The position numbers were made by a program, and so were the translations under genes. DNA of 64,000 nucleotides from an uncultured beta proteobacterium (lineage in GTDB: Bacteria; Pseudomonadota; Gammaproteobacteria; Burkholderiales; Gallionellaceae): assembly GCA_963721755.1 (NCBI GenBank), contig CAVRKV010000008.1, positions 147,453 through 211,452 on the forward strand. The letters run 5' to 3'. Under the pieces are notes generated by a model, which was not told the DNA's origin, searched no databases, and saw only the letters and a program-made list of their open reading frames with translations. Below, in pieces: positions 46,516-59,936 of the stretch. Each line of letters opens with the position of its first letter. Positions within the stretch are counted from its first letter, which is position 1.

Positions 46516-47481
46516 TTACAGCCAGTCTGAGCGCTTGAAGCGCAGGTAAAGAAAGCCGCAGACCGCAATGATGACGAGCAGCGCAACAGGGTAGCCGTAA
46601 TCCCATTGCAGTTCCGGCATGAGCTTGAAGTTCATGCCCCAAATGCCGGTGAAAACAGTAGCGATGGCAAAGATCGCAGCCCATGCGGCCAGGCGTTTGT
46701 TGATTACGTTTTGTTCGATGGATACCGTGGACTGGCTGACCAGAATCGCGGTGGTGATGGTGTCGCGCATGGCATCTATCGTGGCGTTGATGCGGGTCAG
46801 GTGGTCATAGACATCGCGAAAATACTCCTGGGTGCTGGTACAGACCGGAGGCACGCGCCCGCCGGATAGTTTTCCGGTGGCTTCCATCATCGGTGTGACC
46901 GCATGTTTGAGTACCGCGACCTTGCGCTTGAGTTCATAAAGCTGCTCAATGTTAGTGAGGGCATTCCCCTTATCGAACAGGTGTTCCTCAATGGATTCCA
47001 GTTGCGACTCCAGGTCATCTATCACCGGAAAGTAGAGGTCTACCACCGCGTCCATCAACGCATAGAGCACGAAGCCCGAGCCCAGCTGCAGCAGTTCCGG
47101 CTCGCGCTGGCAGCGTTCGCGCACCCCAAGTAAACTTCGGCTGCTGCGGTTGCGCACAGAAAGGATAAAATTGTGCCCGGCGAAGATGCTGATTTCACCG
47201 ACCGTAAGATCGGGATGGACAACCTCTACCAGGTGCATCACCACGAACAGCGTATCCCCGTACTCCTCGATCTTGGGGCGCTGGTGTCCATGCCGGGCAT
47301 CCTCGACCGCCAGATCGTGCAGCCCGAATTCTTCCTGCATTTTATCGAGTTCACCATCGGTCGCATCGCGCAACGCAACCCAGATTAAACAGTTTGGTTG
47401 TTTAAGATATTCGCTGATATCATTAACGGATGGTTCGGCAAGTTTGACGCCGTTCTGGTAGGCGACGCAATTGATCAGCAT
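46516..47481 (-). CDS. corA: CorA-family divalent cation channel
   Basis: C-terminal GIWGMNF (GMN motif) followed by the second TM segment. 321 aa. Its stop lies 18 nt upstream of the kdpD start. Confidence 0.85.
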   Translation of the reverse strand: MLINCVAYQNGVKLAEPSVNDISEYLKQPNCLIWVALRDATDGELDKMQEEFGLHDLAVEDARHGHQRPKIEEYGDTLFVVMHLVEVVHPDLTVGEISIFAGHNFILSVRNRSSRSLLGVRERCQREPELLQLGSGFVLYALMDAVVDLYFPVIDDLESQLESIEEHLFDKGNALTNIEQLYELKRKVAVLKHAVTPMMEATGKLSGGRVPPVCTSTQEYFRDVYDHLTRINATIDAMRDTITTAILVSQSTVSIEQNVINKRLAAWAAIFAIATVFTGIWGMNFKLMPELQWDYGYPVALLVIIAVCGFLYLRFKRSDWL

Positions 47482-47645
47482 AGCAGTAAGGTCGGTTAAG
47501 AGTGCTAAGAGTGCGCGAAGTATAAGTGTTTGTTACTTACAACGTCCACTCTGCCCACTACTAAGTCGCTGCATATCCAGCCTCCAGCTCTGCTCCTTGG
47601 TCACGCCGCTTGCGGCCGATCCTGTCGATCAAAACGTGACATGAC

Positions 47646-47870
47646 TCATTTTGAGTGTTGCTCAAGGTAATGCTTAACATCGTGGATCAAATGTTGCAGG
47701 TCCCCGTGTAGCCGCCATCCTTGACTAATGCGTGCTTCGATTTCATGGACTTGCTGGAGAGTAAGTCGCTCTGGTTCTATGCGATGAAGATAGCTCTGGC
47801 AGTAACCACAAAGATGATCATTTGATTTAAAAAGATGAACATTCGATTTAATCTGAACATTTGTTTTCAT
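47646..47870 (-). CDS. Hypothetical protein (74 aa)
   Basis: ORF only. No recognisable motif apart from CGYC. AT-richer region. Confidence 0.3.
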   Translation of the reverse strand: MKTNVQIKSNVHLFKSNDHLCGYCQSYLHRIEPERLTLQQVHEIEARISQGWRLHGDLQHLIHDVKHYLEQHSK

Positions 47871-47925
47871 TATAAAGCTCCTAATTGAGACAGCATTAAC
47901 TTAAATCAAGACAGATAGTACGGCA

Positions 47926-48120
47926 TTATCGTGCAGCGTGTTTTTCCTCGGCACGGGATAATTCCGTCCTTTTCTGCAGCAGATCATCGCGTGTAATTGC
48001 AGATACTTTCGGGCAACTGCAATCTGGCTTGCGCGATTGCAATAATACGATGACATACGCCAATCCAAGTGGAACGACGATGACGAGCATGGCGAGCAAC
48101 GGCTCCAGAATAGTGTCCAT
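47926..48120 (-). CDS. Hypothetical single-pass membrane protein (64 aa)
   Basis: N-terminal TM helix LLAMLVIVVPLGLAYVIVLL followed by a charged tail. Confidence 0.35.
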   Translation of the reverse strand: MDTILEPLLAMLVIVVPLGLAYVIVLLQSRKPDCSCPKVSAITRDDLLQKRTELSRAEEKHAAR

Positions 48121-48130
48121 GTTTGATTAA

Positions 48131-48165
48131 ACCACTGATGGAACTACTAGCCAATCCACTAAGCC
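48131..48165. repeat. Left arm of an imperfect 33-35-nt inverted repeat flanking the P-II-like gene
   Basis: ACCACTGATGGAACTACTAGCCAATCCACTAAGCC. The 19-nt core CTGATGGAACTACTAGCCA (48135-48153) is the exact reverse complement of 48710-48728. Confidence 0.65.
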
Positions 48166-48227
48166 ACCAAACAACGGCAGCAAGTGGCTGGTTATAGCCA
48201 TGACCAAGCTGTAAAAACCGCAGCAAG

Positions 48228-48536
48228 TCATTGGTTATAGGCGGCGCACCTGTGTAGCCTGTCATCATGCGAGGCAAGGACAATTTTCCCGACATGCGCC
48301 ATTCTTTGAATGGCAGAAACAATGCCGCTATAGTGACTGTCATCCGCCCTCACTTCGAGGCGAACATGCGCTCCCTTTGGTGCGGCAGACTGCTCGCAGT
48401 ACCATTCCTCAAGGTCGATGGAACACAGGCGCTGTGGCATCGGAGTAATCACGATACGTTCTCCCCCGGCAACACAAACAGCCTTGCGCACAGCCATCGC
48501 TTCCGACTCTTTCAACACTGTAGTGATTCGTTTCAT
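48228..48536 (-). CDS. Small P-II-like (GlnB-fold-like) protein, weak similarity
   Basis: 102 aa. MKRITTVLKESEAMAVRKAV..GG....VRLEVRADDSHYSGIVSAIQRMAHVGKIVL follows the beta-alpha-beta spacing of P-II proteins when aligned by eye to GlnB. This is not a confident family call. Confidence 0.35.
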   Translation of the reverse strand: MKRITTVLKESEAMAVRKAVCVAGGERIVITPMPQRLCSIDLEEWYCEQSAAPKGAHVRLEVRADDSHYSGIVSAIQRMAHVGKIVLASHDDRLHRCAAYNQ

Positions 48537-48650
48537 ACAATCCTCCTGTTTTTGATGGACTGCATGCTATGAGAAGCAGCATAAAAACGGCGTAAATTGT
48601 TAATCATCGGATGTAAAAAATTCATCAAGAATTCACACCGTGGTTAACGC

Positions 48651-48827
48651 GAAACTCGCGTAGCGATAACCAGCGACTTGCCCGGCGTTTTTTGCTGGGC
48701 TTAGTCGAGTGGCTAGTAGTTCCATCAGACCGCGTCCCTCTCTCCCGCTTGCGGAAGAGAGCTAGGATAGAGGGAGCGGAATGGCGAGCTTCATGATTAA
48801 GGGCGGCATTTTGTCCCATGCCCGTTA
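48651..48827. repeat. Modular intergenic repeat, copy B (also contains the right inverted-repeat arm at 48698-48730)
   Basis: Shares three blocks with copy A (49552-49680): GAAACTCGCGTAGCGAT (16 of 17 identical), a C/T-rich versus G/A-rich hairpin followed by CTAGGATAGAGGG, and GGCATT..CCATGCCCGTTA. Confidence 0.6.
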
Positions 48828-48854
48828 GGATAGCTCCACACATTCAATATGCGC

Positions 48855-48898
48855 CAAAATAAAATGCGCATAGCGAAGACTGATTCGCTATGCGCATT
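48855..48898 (-). terminator. Strong rho-independent terminator after kdpC
   Basis: Perfect 15-bp stem AATGCGCATAGCGAA/TTCGCTATGCGCATT (48863-48877 / 48884-48898) with loop GACTGA. On the minus strand it is followed by TTATTTTG. Confidence 0.8.
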
Positions 48899-48957
48899 CT
48901 GTAGACGGTGCCGCGTGGCAACACCAGCAGGCAAGTTAATTTTTAAAAATTGCAGAT

Positions 48958-49530
48958 TCAGTGCAATGCATCAAGCGCCAGGTTGAGTTCCAGCACATTC
49001 ACCCGAGGCTCGCCCAGAATGCCGAACTGCCGTCCCTCGGTATGCTCAGCCACCAGCTTATGCAAGGTATCCGGGCTGAGATTGCGCACCCGTGCTACGC
49101 GCGCAAGCTGGTATTCCGCCGCAGCCGGACTGATGTGCGGATCCAGTCCACTGGCGGAAGCGGTGACCAGATCCACCGGCACCGCTTGCTGATTACCGGG
49201 ATCGGCATCGCGCAAGGCTTGAACCCTGCCTTTCACCGCGTCCATCAACGCCGGGTTGGTCGGCCCCAGATTCGATCCACTGGAGGCAGTTGGATTATTG
49301 GGCATCGGGCCGGTTGCCGAAGGGCGGCTCCAGAAATACTTGGGATCGGAGAACGACTGGCCGATCAGGCTGGAGCCGACCGGCTTGCCGTCTTTCATGA
49401 TCAGGCTGCCGTTGGCCTTGTCGGACATGACCACTTGGGAAACTCCTGTCACCAGCAGGGGATAGGCGATTCCGGTAAGCAACGTCAGCAGCAGAAAGCT
49501 GACAACAGCGGGACGAATTTCTTTCAACAT
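48958..49530 (-). CDS. kdpC: K+-transporting ATPase subunit C
   Basis: N-terminal TM segment, [12 protein letters not shown] and [15 protein letters not shown] signature blocks. 190 aa. Confidence 0.95.
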   Translation of the reverse strand: MLKEIRPAVVSFLLLTLLTGIAYPLLVTGVSQVVMSDKANGSLIMKDGKPVGSSLIGQSFSDPKYFWSRPSATGPMPNNPTASSGSNLGPTNPALMDAVKGRVQALRDADPGNQQAVPVDLVTASASGLDPHISPAAAEYQLARVARVRNLSPDTLHKLVAEHTEGRQFGILGEPRVNVLELNLALDALH

Positions 49531-49551
49531 GGCAATTCCTTTCTTTAAAGT

Positions 49552-49677
49552 GAAACTCGCATAGCGATTCGTTCACCCCCTCTCCCTCCGGGGGAGGGTT
49601 GGGGTGGGGGAGAGCGGTAGCGAGGGGGCATCGGGCATGGTATTTCATCATTAGGTATGGCATTCCTGCCATGCCCG

Positions 49678-49680
<3 letters not shown>
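49552..49680. repeat. Modular intergenic repeat, copy A, filling the kdpB-kdpC spacer
   Basis: GAAACTCGCATAGCGAT, then the hairpin CCCTCC-GGG-GGAGGG followed by TTGGGGTGGGGGAGAG, then the stem GGGCATGG...CCATGCCC and GTTA. The last 3 nt are the kdpB stop codon. Confidence 0.6.
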
Positions 49681-51750
<2,070 letters not shown>

Positions 51751-51882
51751 GCAAATCTCCTATAAAACGTTACGAGAGGCGATCAGGCAAGGCGGAAAAC
51801 GGGGAAGAAGCGGAATTTACACTTAGGTAAATGAGCATTCTGAGCCGGTTTCCAACACAGCATCATCGCCTCGCAGTAGTTT

Positions 51883-53691
51883 TTAATGTGTGCTAATCAT
51901 GTTCAGGTGTTCGATCACCGGCCCCAGTGCAAGCGCCGGTACAAAGTTCAGCGCGCCCACCAGCATCACCGTGCCGATCAGCAGCCAGACGAACATCTGC
52001 GTATGGGTCGCCATGCTGCCTATGCTGGCGGGAATGCGTTTCTTGGCCGCCAGCGAACCGGCCAGCGCCAGCACCGGGATCATCAGCCAGATGCGGCCGA
52101 AGAACATCTCGAAGCTGAGCGCAGTGTTATAGAACGGCGTGTTGGCAGAGATGCCGGCGAATGCGCTGCCGTTGTTGCCGACAGACGACGAGAACGCATA
52201 CAGGATCTCGCTGAAGCCGTGGGCGGCGGGGTTGGCGACACCCGCCTTGCCTGCATCCATCAGCACGGCTATGGCCGTCCCGCCGAGGATGATCATCGGC
52301 GGGATCAGGATCACCAGCGAAGCCATCTTGATGTCGAACGCCTCGATCTTCTTGCCCAGGTATTCCGGCGTGCGGCCTATCATCAGTCCGGCGAGGAACA
52401 CCGCGATCACGGCATACACCAGCATCCCGTACAAGCCGGAACCGACCCCGCCGAAAATCACTTCGCCCAGCTGGATTTGCGCCATCGGCACCATCCCGCC
52501 CAGCGGCGTGAAGGAATCATGCATGGAATTCACCGCACCGCAGGAAGCCCCTGTAGTAATGGTGGCGAACAGCGCGGAATTGACGATGCCGAAGCGCGTT
52601 TCCTTGCCTTCCATATTGCCGCCGGATTGCGTCGCGGAAGCCGTTTGATCCACTCCCAGCGCAGCGAAGGCGGGGTTGCCCTTTTGCTCAGCGTATTCCG
52701 CAACAGCGAGGAAGCCGACGAACAACAGCGTCATCGCAACGAGGATCGCCCAGCCCTGGCGCGTGTCACCCACCATGCTGCCGAAGGTGAAGCACAGCGC
52801 GGCGGCAATCAGGAACATCGCTATCATCGCCAGGAAATTGGAGAATGGCGTAGGATTCTCGTAAGGATGAGCCGAGTTGGCGTTGAAGAAGCCGCCGCCG
52901 TTGGTGCCGAGCTGCTTGATCGCCTCCTGCGAGGCGACGGGGCCGAGGGCAATGCTCTGCTCTTTCGTAGTTGCCTTCTCGGTAACCGGGTTGCCGGCAG
53001 CGTCTTTCACCGGGTTGCCGGCGGCGTCCATCTTGGGATTATCGTACGTAATCGTTTCCATTGTTGGCACGGTCTGATAGGCAGACAAGTTCTGTATCAC
53101 TCCCTGGCTGACCAGCGCCAACGCCAGCACCGTGGAGAGCGGCAGCAGGATATAGATGATGCTGCGTGTCATATCCACCCAGAAGTTGCCGATGGTTTCC
53201 ATCGTGTGGCGTGCAAAGCCGCGTATCAGCGCCACCAGCACGGCCATACCGGCAGCGGCGGAGAAGAAGTTCTGCACCGCGAGTGCCGCCATCTGGACCA
53301 GATAGCTCATCGTGGATTCACCGCTATAGCCCTGCCAGTTAGTGTTGGTCAGGAAGCTGATCGCCGTGTTGAAGGACGAATCAGGACTGACCGCGCCGAA
53401 TCCCTGCGGATTCAGCGGCAGCATGCCCTGCAGGCGCTGCATCGCATACACTGTCAGCACGCCGAGCAGAGCAAACCACAGCATCGCCAGCGCATAACGG
53501 GTCCAGCGCATTTCCTGCTTGCTATCCACGCCGCACAGGCGGTAAAAAAGATTTTCGATCGGAGCCATCCAGCGCACGAACGCCGGCAGCTTGCCCTCGT
53601 AGACTCGCGCCATGTACCAGCCGAGTGGCTTCGCCAGCGCGATAAGCACGCCGAGGAACAGTGCAATTTGCAGCAATCCATTGGCACTCAT
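51883..53691 (-). CDS. kdpA: K+-transporting ATPase subunit A
   Basis: 602 aa, 10-12 TM segments, KdpA selectivity-filter-like blocks (NTNWQGYSGE, GTNGGGFFNANSAHPYENP). ATGA overlap with kdpF. Confidence 0.97.
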   Translation of the reverse strand: MSANGLLQIALFLGVLIALAKPLGWYMARVYEGKLPAFVRWMAPIENLFYRLCGVDSKQEMRWTRYALAMLWFALLGVLTVYAMQRLQGMLPLNPQGFGAVSPDSSFNTAISFLTNTNWQGYSGESTMSYLVQMAALAVQNFFSAAAGMAVLVALIRGFARHTMETIGNFWVDMTRSIIYILLPLSTVLALALVSQGVIQNLSAYQTVPTMETITYDNPKMDAAGNPVKDAAGNPVTEKATTKEQSIALGPVASQEAIKQLGTNGGGFFNANSAHPYENPTPFSNFLAMIAMFLIAAALCFTFGSMVGDTRQGWAILVAMTLLFVGFLAVAEYAEQKGNPAFAALGVDQTASATQSGGNMEGKETRFGIVNSALFATITTGASCGAVNSMHDSFTPLGGMVPMAQIQLGEVIFGGVGSGLYGMLVYAVIAVFLAGLMIGRTPEYLGKKIEAFDIKMASLVILIPPMIILGGTAIAVLMDAGKAGVANPAAHGFSEILYAFSSSVGNNGSAFAGISANTPFYNTALSFEMFFGRIWLMIPVLALAGSLAAKKRIPASIGSMATHTQMFVWLLIGTVMLVGALNFVPALALGPVIEHLNMISTH

Positions 53692-53777
53692 GAGAACAAC
53701 TCCGGTTTAAGTAATGCGATGAAGAGATAAACTATCAACCCAAGAGCCACGATGCCGCCCAGAATGTAAAAGGTCAT
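53688..53777 (-). CDS. kdpF: K+-transporting ATPase subunit F
   Basis: 29 aa counted from the ATG at 53777, which is preceded by GGGGAGG. MTFYILGGIVALGLIVYLFIALLKPELFS fits the KdpF pattern (..YL..ALL.PE.F). Confidence 0.85.
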   Translation of the reverse strand: MTFYILGGIVALGLIVYLFIALLKPELFS

Positions 53778-53866
53778 GATGGCCTCCCCAGTTTTTCGAT
53801 GCCGCGTATCAGCAGCACGCTCAGGCCGAAGAAGGCCAGGGTCAGCAATAGATAGATCCAGTCCAT
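53774..53866 (-). CDS. Unannotated 30-aa hydrophobic peptide, translationally coupled to kdpF
   Basis: Hand-translated as ATG GAC TGG ATC ... CCA TCA TGA = MDWIYLLLTLAFFGLSVLLIRGIEKLGRPS. AAGGAG lies 8 nt upstream of the ATG. Its TGA overlaps the kdpF ATG (ATGA). Confidence 0.5.
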   Translation of the reverse strand: MDWIYLLLTLAFFGLSVLLIRGIEKLGRPS

Positions 53867-54202
53867 GCTCTTTCTCCTTGTAGGAATTACACAAAAAATG
53901 CAACTGCGAATGTTAGGAAATGGCGAATCAAAACGGTGTAAAAATAAGTCTTGGGCGTGTATAAAAGTTGTAAAGATTCTGGTTGGAGGTACACAATGCG
54001 CTGACTTATAGCAATAAGCAATCAGAGAATCCCGAGGAAGCCACGCATTGGAGTAAACCAGGCCGATTTGAAGGTAGCCTTGAGTATTTGCCCAATTAAA
54101 GGGGCCGAATTAGTTAAGTAGAGAGTGGCGATCCCATCGCAGCTAGTCTTAGCTTTGCGGTATCATCTCGCCCTTGCAAATCTGCCATGCAGTTCAATCG
54201 CA

Positions 54203-56260
54203 ATGACATCCGTAAATTTTATTGATCTTCCTCCTCTGCTCAGTGCGCGCGGCACGATCACGTTGCCCGGATCGAAAAGCATCTCCAATCGCATTTTGCT
54301 GCTGTCTGCGCTGGCGCAGGGCACGACCGAGATACGCGATGTGCTGTTGTCGGATGATACCGAGCGCATGCTGGACGGCTTGCGCACGCTGGGTGTTGCC
54401 GTGGAGCAACTGGAGCCGCATGTGTTCCGTGTGACTGGCTGTGGCGGCAATTTTCCGGTCAAGCAGGCGGAGTTGTTTCTAGGGAATGCGGGCACGGCGT
54501 TTCGTCCGCTGACGGCGGTGCTGGCATTGTCCGGCGGCGAATACAAATTGTCCGGTGTGCCGCGCATGCACGAGCGGCCGATAGGCGATCTGGTGGATGC
54601 GTTGCGCGAACTCGGCGCGGACATCGAATATCTGGACAACGAAGGTTTTCCGCCGCTGCAGATCCATCCGGCGACATTGACTGGGGTTGATCGCATAAGC
54701 GTGCGCGGCGATGTGTCCAGCCAATTCCTCACCGCGTTGTTGATGGCGCTCCCATTGCTGAATCGCACGATCAATATCGAGGTGGTGGGTGAGTTGATTT
54801 CTAAACCTTACATCAAGATTACGCTGGCGATGATGGCGCGCTTCGGTGTGGTTGTTCAGAGAGATGGCTGGCGCAGCTTCACGGTGGCGGCGGGCAGCCG
54901 CTATGTTTCTCCCGGTGTGATCTATGTGGAAGGCGATGCGTCGTCGGCGTCGTATTTTCTTGCGGCGGGTGCGATCGGCGGCGGTCCGCTGCGCATCGAA
55001 GGGGTCGGCAGCGGCAGCATACAGGGCGATGTGCGCTTCGCCGATGCGCTGGCGCTGATGGGCGCACAGATCGAAATGGGTGCGAACTGGATGGAGGCGC
55101 GTGCGCCGCTCTCGGGAAAACTTAAGGCCATCGACCTTGATTGCAACCATATTCCGGATGCGGCAATGACGCTGGCGGTGGTCGCGTTGTTTGCAGAGGG
55201 CACCACCACGCTGCGCAACATCGCCAGTTGGCGCGTCAAGGAAACCGACCGCATCGCGGCGATGGCGACAGAGTTGCGCAAGGTCGGGGCGACGGTGGAA
55301 GAGGGCGCAGATTTTATTCGCATCACTCCACCAAAAACAGCAGCGAGAAAAAACAGCGGTTACGGTTTAGCATCTATTATTGCCTCTTGGCTGCGCTCTC
55401 CTCAATTCTCCACTCCCCACTCCTCGATCCTCAATCCTGCCTCAGGCATAGACACTTACGATGATCACCGTATGGCGATGAGTTTCTCACTCGCCGCCTT
55501 TGGCGCGGAAGGCATACGCATCAATGATCCGCGCTGTGTCGCCAAGACCTTCCCGAATTATTTCACGCTGCTGCATGATGTGGTGCAGGGCGTGCCGGTG
55601 ATCGCGATAGACGGGCCATCGGCATCCGGCAAGGGCACGGTGGCAAAGCTTGTCGCGGCCAGGCTAGGCTATCACTATCTGGACAGCGGCGCGCTGTATC
55701 GTTTGCTGGCGTTGGCGGCGCAGCGCGACGGTGTTCTGCTGACCGATGAATCGGGCCTGGCGGAATTGGCCGAACGCATCGAGATACGTTTCGAGGGCGA
55801 GCAGATCTGGCTGGATGGGGCGCTGGTCGGCGACGAGTTGCGCGGAGAACAATGTGCGGCTGCGGCTTCCAAAGTGGCTGCCTTGCCTAGGGTGCGCGCT
55901 GCGCTGCTCGCCAAGCAGCACGCGTTCCGCCGCGCGCCGGGCCTGGTGGCGGATGGGCGCGACATGGGTTCGGTGGTGTTCCCGGACGCCGCATTGAAGA
56001 TTTTTCTCACCGCCAGCGCCGAGGCACGCGCCGACCGGCGTTATAAGCAGTTGATGGAAAAAGGAATCGGTGCTAATATCGCCGCCCTTTTGCTGGATAT
56101 ACGTGTGCGCGACGAGCGAGATACTCAGCGCAGCGCATCTCCGCTGCAACAGGCACCGGGTGCAAGTCTGCTGGATACCACTGCTCTGAACATCGAGCAG
56201 GCGGTACAGGAAATATTGGCACGCTACCCGGCGGAAGGCTCCAAGAACCAGGCCCCATAA
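54203..56260 (+). CDS. aroA: Bifunctional 3-phosphoshikimate 1-carboxyvinyltransferase / cytidylate kinase (AroA-Cmk fusion)
   Basis: From the ATG at 54203, the AroA domain ([22 protein letters not shown] ... [16 protein letters not shown] ... AKTFPNYF) runs directly into the Cmk domain ([20 protein letters not shown] ... [13 protein letters not shown]). It contains an in-frame insertion at about 55333-55447. Confidence 0.9.
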   Translation: MTSVNFIDLPPLLSARGTITLPGSKSISNRILLLSALAQGTTEIRDVLLSDDTERMLDGLRTLGVAVEQLEPHVFRVTGCGGNFPVKQAELFLGNAGTAFRPLTAVLALSGGEYKLSGVPRMHERPIGDLVDALRELGADIEYLDNEGFPPLQIHPATLTGVDRISVRGDVSSQFLTALLMALPLLNRTINIEVVGELISKPYIKITLAMMARFGVVVQRDGWRSFTVAAGSRYVSPGVIYVEGDASSASYFLAAGAIGGGPLRIEGVGSGSIQGDVRFADALALMGAQIEMGANWMEARAPLSGKLKAIDLDCNHIPDAAMTLAVVALFAEGTTTLRNIASWRVKETDRIAAMATELRKVGATVEEGADFIRITPPKTAARKNSGYGLASIIASWLRSPQFSTPHSSILNPASGIDTYDDHRMAMSFSLAAFGAEGIRINDPRCVAKTFPNYFTLLHDVVQGVPVIAIDGPSASGKGTVAKLVAARLGYHYLDSGALYRLLALAAQRDGVLLTDESGLAELAERIEIRFEGEQIWLDGALVGDELRGEQCAAAASKVAALPRVRAALLAKQHAFRRAPGLVADGRDMGSVVFPDAALKIFLTASAEARADRRYKQLMEKGIGANIAALLLDIRVRDERDTQRSASPLQQAPGASLLDTTALNIEQAVQEILARYPAEGSKNQAP

Positions 56261-56333
56261 GACTCTCCGTCAATGGGAACTTTAACCAACCCTCTGTTGT
56301 TTGTTATAGACAGAAATTTATTGGGTGTATCCG

Positions 56334-58055
<1,722 letters not shown>

Positions 58056-58070
58056 GCACGGGGTTCGTTC

Positions 58071-58358
58071 ATGATTCGTTCTGATTTGATTGCCAAACTG
58101 GCCGAGATGCATCCGCAACTGCAGGCCAAGGATGCCGAGTTCGCTGTAAAAGTGATTCTGGATGCCTTGTCCGCCACCCTGTCGCGCGGTGGGCGTGTCG
58201 AGATTCGCGGCTTCGGCAGCTTTGGCCTGAATTACCGGCCTCCGCGTCAGGGGCGTAATCCCAAGACCGGCGACAAAGTGAAAGTTCCGGCCAAGTACGT
58301 GCCTCACTTCAAAGCCGGCAAGGAGCTCAGGGAGCGGGTCTGCGAACAGAAGTCTTGA
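58071..58358 (+). CDS. ihfB: Integration host factor beta subunit
   Basis: [10 protein letters not shown]......[48 protein letters not shown] is the HU/IHF fold, beta type. Downstream of rpsA. Confidence 0.95.
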   Translation: MIRSDLIAKLAEMHPQLQAKDAEFAVKVILDALSATLSRGGRVEIRGFGSFGLNYRPPRQGRNPKTGDKVKVPAKYVPHFKAGKELRERVCEQKS

Positions 58359-58451
58359 TTCTGGTTTGAAACAGTTCAAGTGGCGGCATATCGCAAGGTA
58401 TTGCCGCCATTTTTTATGCTATCGTTGCATCGGTCTTTTTCCGGGTGAGCC

Positions 58452-58748
58452 ATGTCTTATTTCAATTGGATTTTGCGGGCAGCGCTGTTTATTGTGCTGC
58501 TGGGCTTTGCGGTCAAAAATGACCAGCCGGTCACGCTGCGCTATTTTTTCGGTTATGAGTGGCAGTCTTCATTGGTGATTGTGTTGCTGATTTTTTTTGC
58601 CGCCGGCACTGCTGTCGGAGTAATCTCCATGCTTGCCAATGTGCTGAGACAGCGCCGTGAGATCGCACGTTTGAAGCAAGATATCAAGATCAAAAACAAG
58701 CTGACCGATATCAGCGAGAAGCAACAAAATCCCATCCAGTCCCACTGA
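58452..58748 (+). CDS. lapA: Lipopolysaccharide assembly protein LapA (DUF1049)
   Basis: Two TM helices, 98 aa, immediately upstream of lapB. Confidence 0.75.
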   Translation: MSYFNWILRAALFIVLLGFAVKNDQPVTLRYFFGYEWQSSLVIVLLIFFAAGTAVGVISMLANVLRQRREIARLKQDIKIKNKLTDISEKQQNPIQSH

Positions 58749-58754
58749 TATATT

Positions 58755-59936
58755 TTGCATATGGAATTTGAAACCTGGATGTTGCTGGTCTTCCCGCTAT
58801 TTTTTGGAATGGGATGGCTGGCTGCACGCATCGACATCAAAGAGTTGCTCTCGGAATCAAGTGCATTGCCACAGTCTTATTTTCAGGGGCTGAATTTCCT
58901 GCTCAATGAGCAACAGGACAAAGCGATCGAAGCCTTCATCGAGGTGGTGAAGGTCGATCCGCAAACCGTCGAATTGCACTTCGCGCTGGGCAGCCTGTTC
59001 CGCCGTCGCGGCGAAGTTGACCGCGCTTTGCGCATGCACCACAACCTGGTGGACAGAGCCGATCTGGATGATGACAAGCGCCAGCAGGCGATTTTCGAGT
59101 TGGCGCAGGATTATCTGAAAGCGGGGATCCTTGATCGTGCCGAGAAACTGTTCAGCGAGTCGGAGAACACCCCGTATGCCAAGCAATCCCTGGAGTTCCT
59201 GCTGGAATTGTTCCAAAAGGAACATGACTGGCTCAAGGCGATTGCCGTCACGCAACGGCTGACGGCGGTCTCCGGGCAGTCCCAAAGCAAGCAGGCATCG
59301 TTTTTTTATTGTGAGCTGGCGAGTGAGGAGATTGAACAGGGCAACCTGATTGCTGCACGCGAACATCTACAGCAGGCGTTGAGAGATTGTCCCGGTGCGG
59401 TGCGTGCCACCATGATGCTGGGTGATATGCTGGTAGGAGAAGGCAGGCAGCAGGATGCCATCGATATTTGGAAGAATATCGAAACTCAGGACGCACAATA
59501 TCTGCCGCTGGTCGGGGAGCGCTTGTTAAATGCCCATCGCAGCCTTGATCGTGAGGCGGATGGAATTGCTTTGTTGCGCGAATATCTGAATAAATATCAC
59601 TCGCTTGACTTGATGAATGTGGTGTTCGATGTTGTTCTGAAGAACGAAGGTTCGGCAGCTGCATACCAATTGGTGCTCGATGAACTGGAGCGCAACCCGA
59701 CTTTACTGGGACTGGATAAACTGCTTGAAGCGCGACTGCTTGAGGTGTCGATCGATAGACGTTCTGACATTGAACTGGTAAAGGATTTAGTCCATAAACG
59801 CACACGCAATCTGGCAACGTATCGTTGCGCTCATTGCGGCTTCAAGGCGCGCCAATTCTATTGGCACTGTCCGGCTTGCCAAGCCTGGGACAGCTACTCG
59901 CCGCGTCGCAGCGAAGAAACCGGAATGCCTTTATGA
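58755..59936 (+). CDS. lapB: Lipopolysaccharide assembly protein LapB (YciM)
   Basis: N-terminal TM segment, TPR repeats, and the C-terminal rubredoxin-like CAHCGF....WHCPAC. Confidence 0.9.
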   Translation: MHMEFETWMLLVFPLFFGMGWLAARIDIKELLSESSALPQSYFQGLNFLLNEQQDKAIEAFIEVVKVDPQTVELHFALGSLFRRRGEVDRALRMHHNLVDRADLDDDKRQQAIFELAQDYLKAGILDRAEKLFSESENTPYAKQSLEFLLELFQKEHDWLKAIAVTQRLTAVSGQSQSKQASFFYCELASEEIEQGNLIAAREHLQQALRDCPGAVRATMMLGDMLVGEGRQQDAIDIWKNIETQDAQYLPLVGERLLNAHRSLDREADGIALLREYLNKYHSLDLMNVVFDVVLKNEGSAAAYQLVLDELERNPTLLGLDKLLEARLLEVSIDRRSDIELVKDLVHKRTRNLATYRCAHCGFKARQFYWHCPACQAWDSYSPRRSEETGMPL

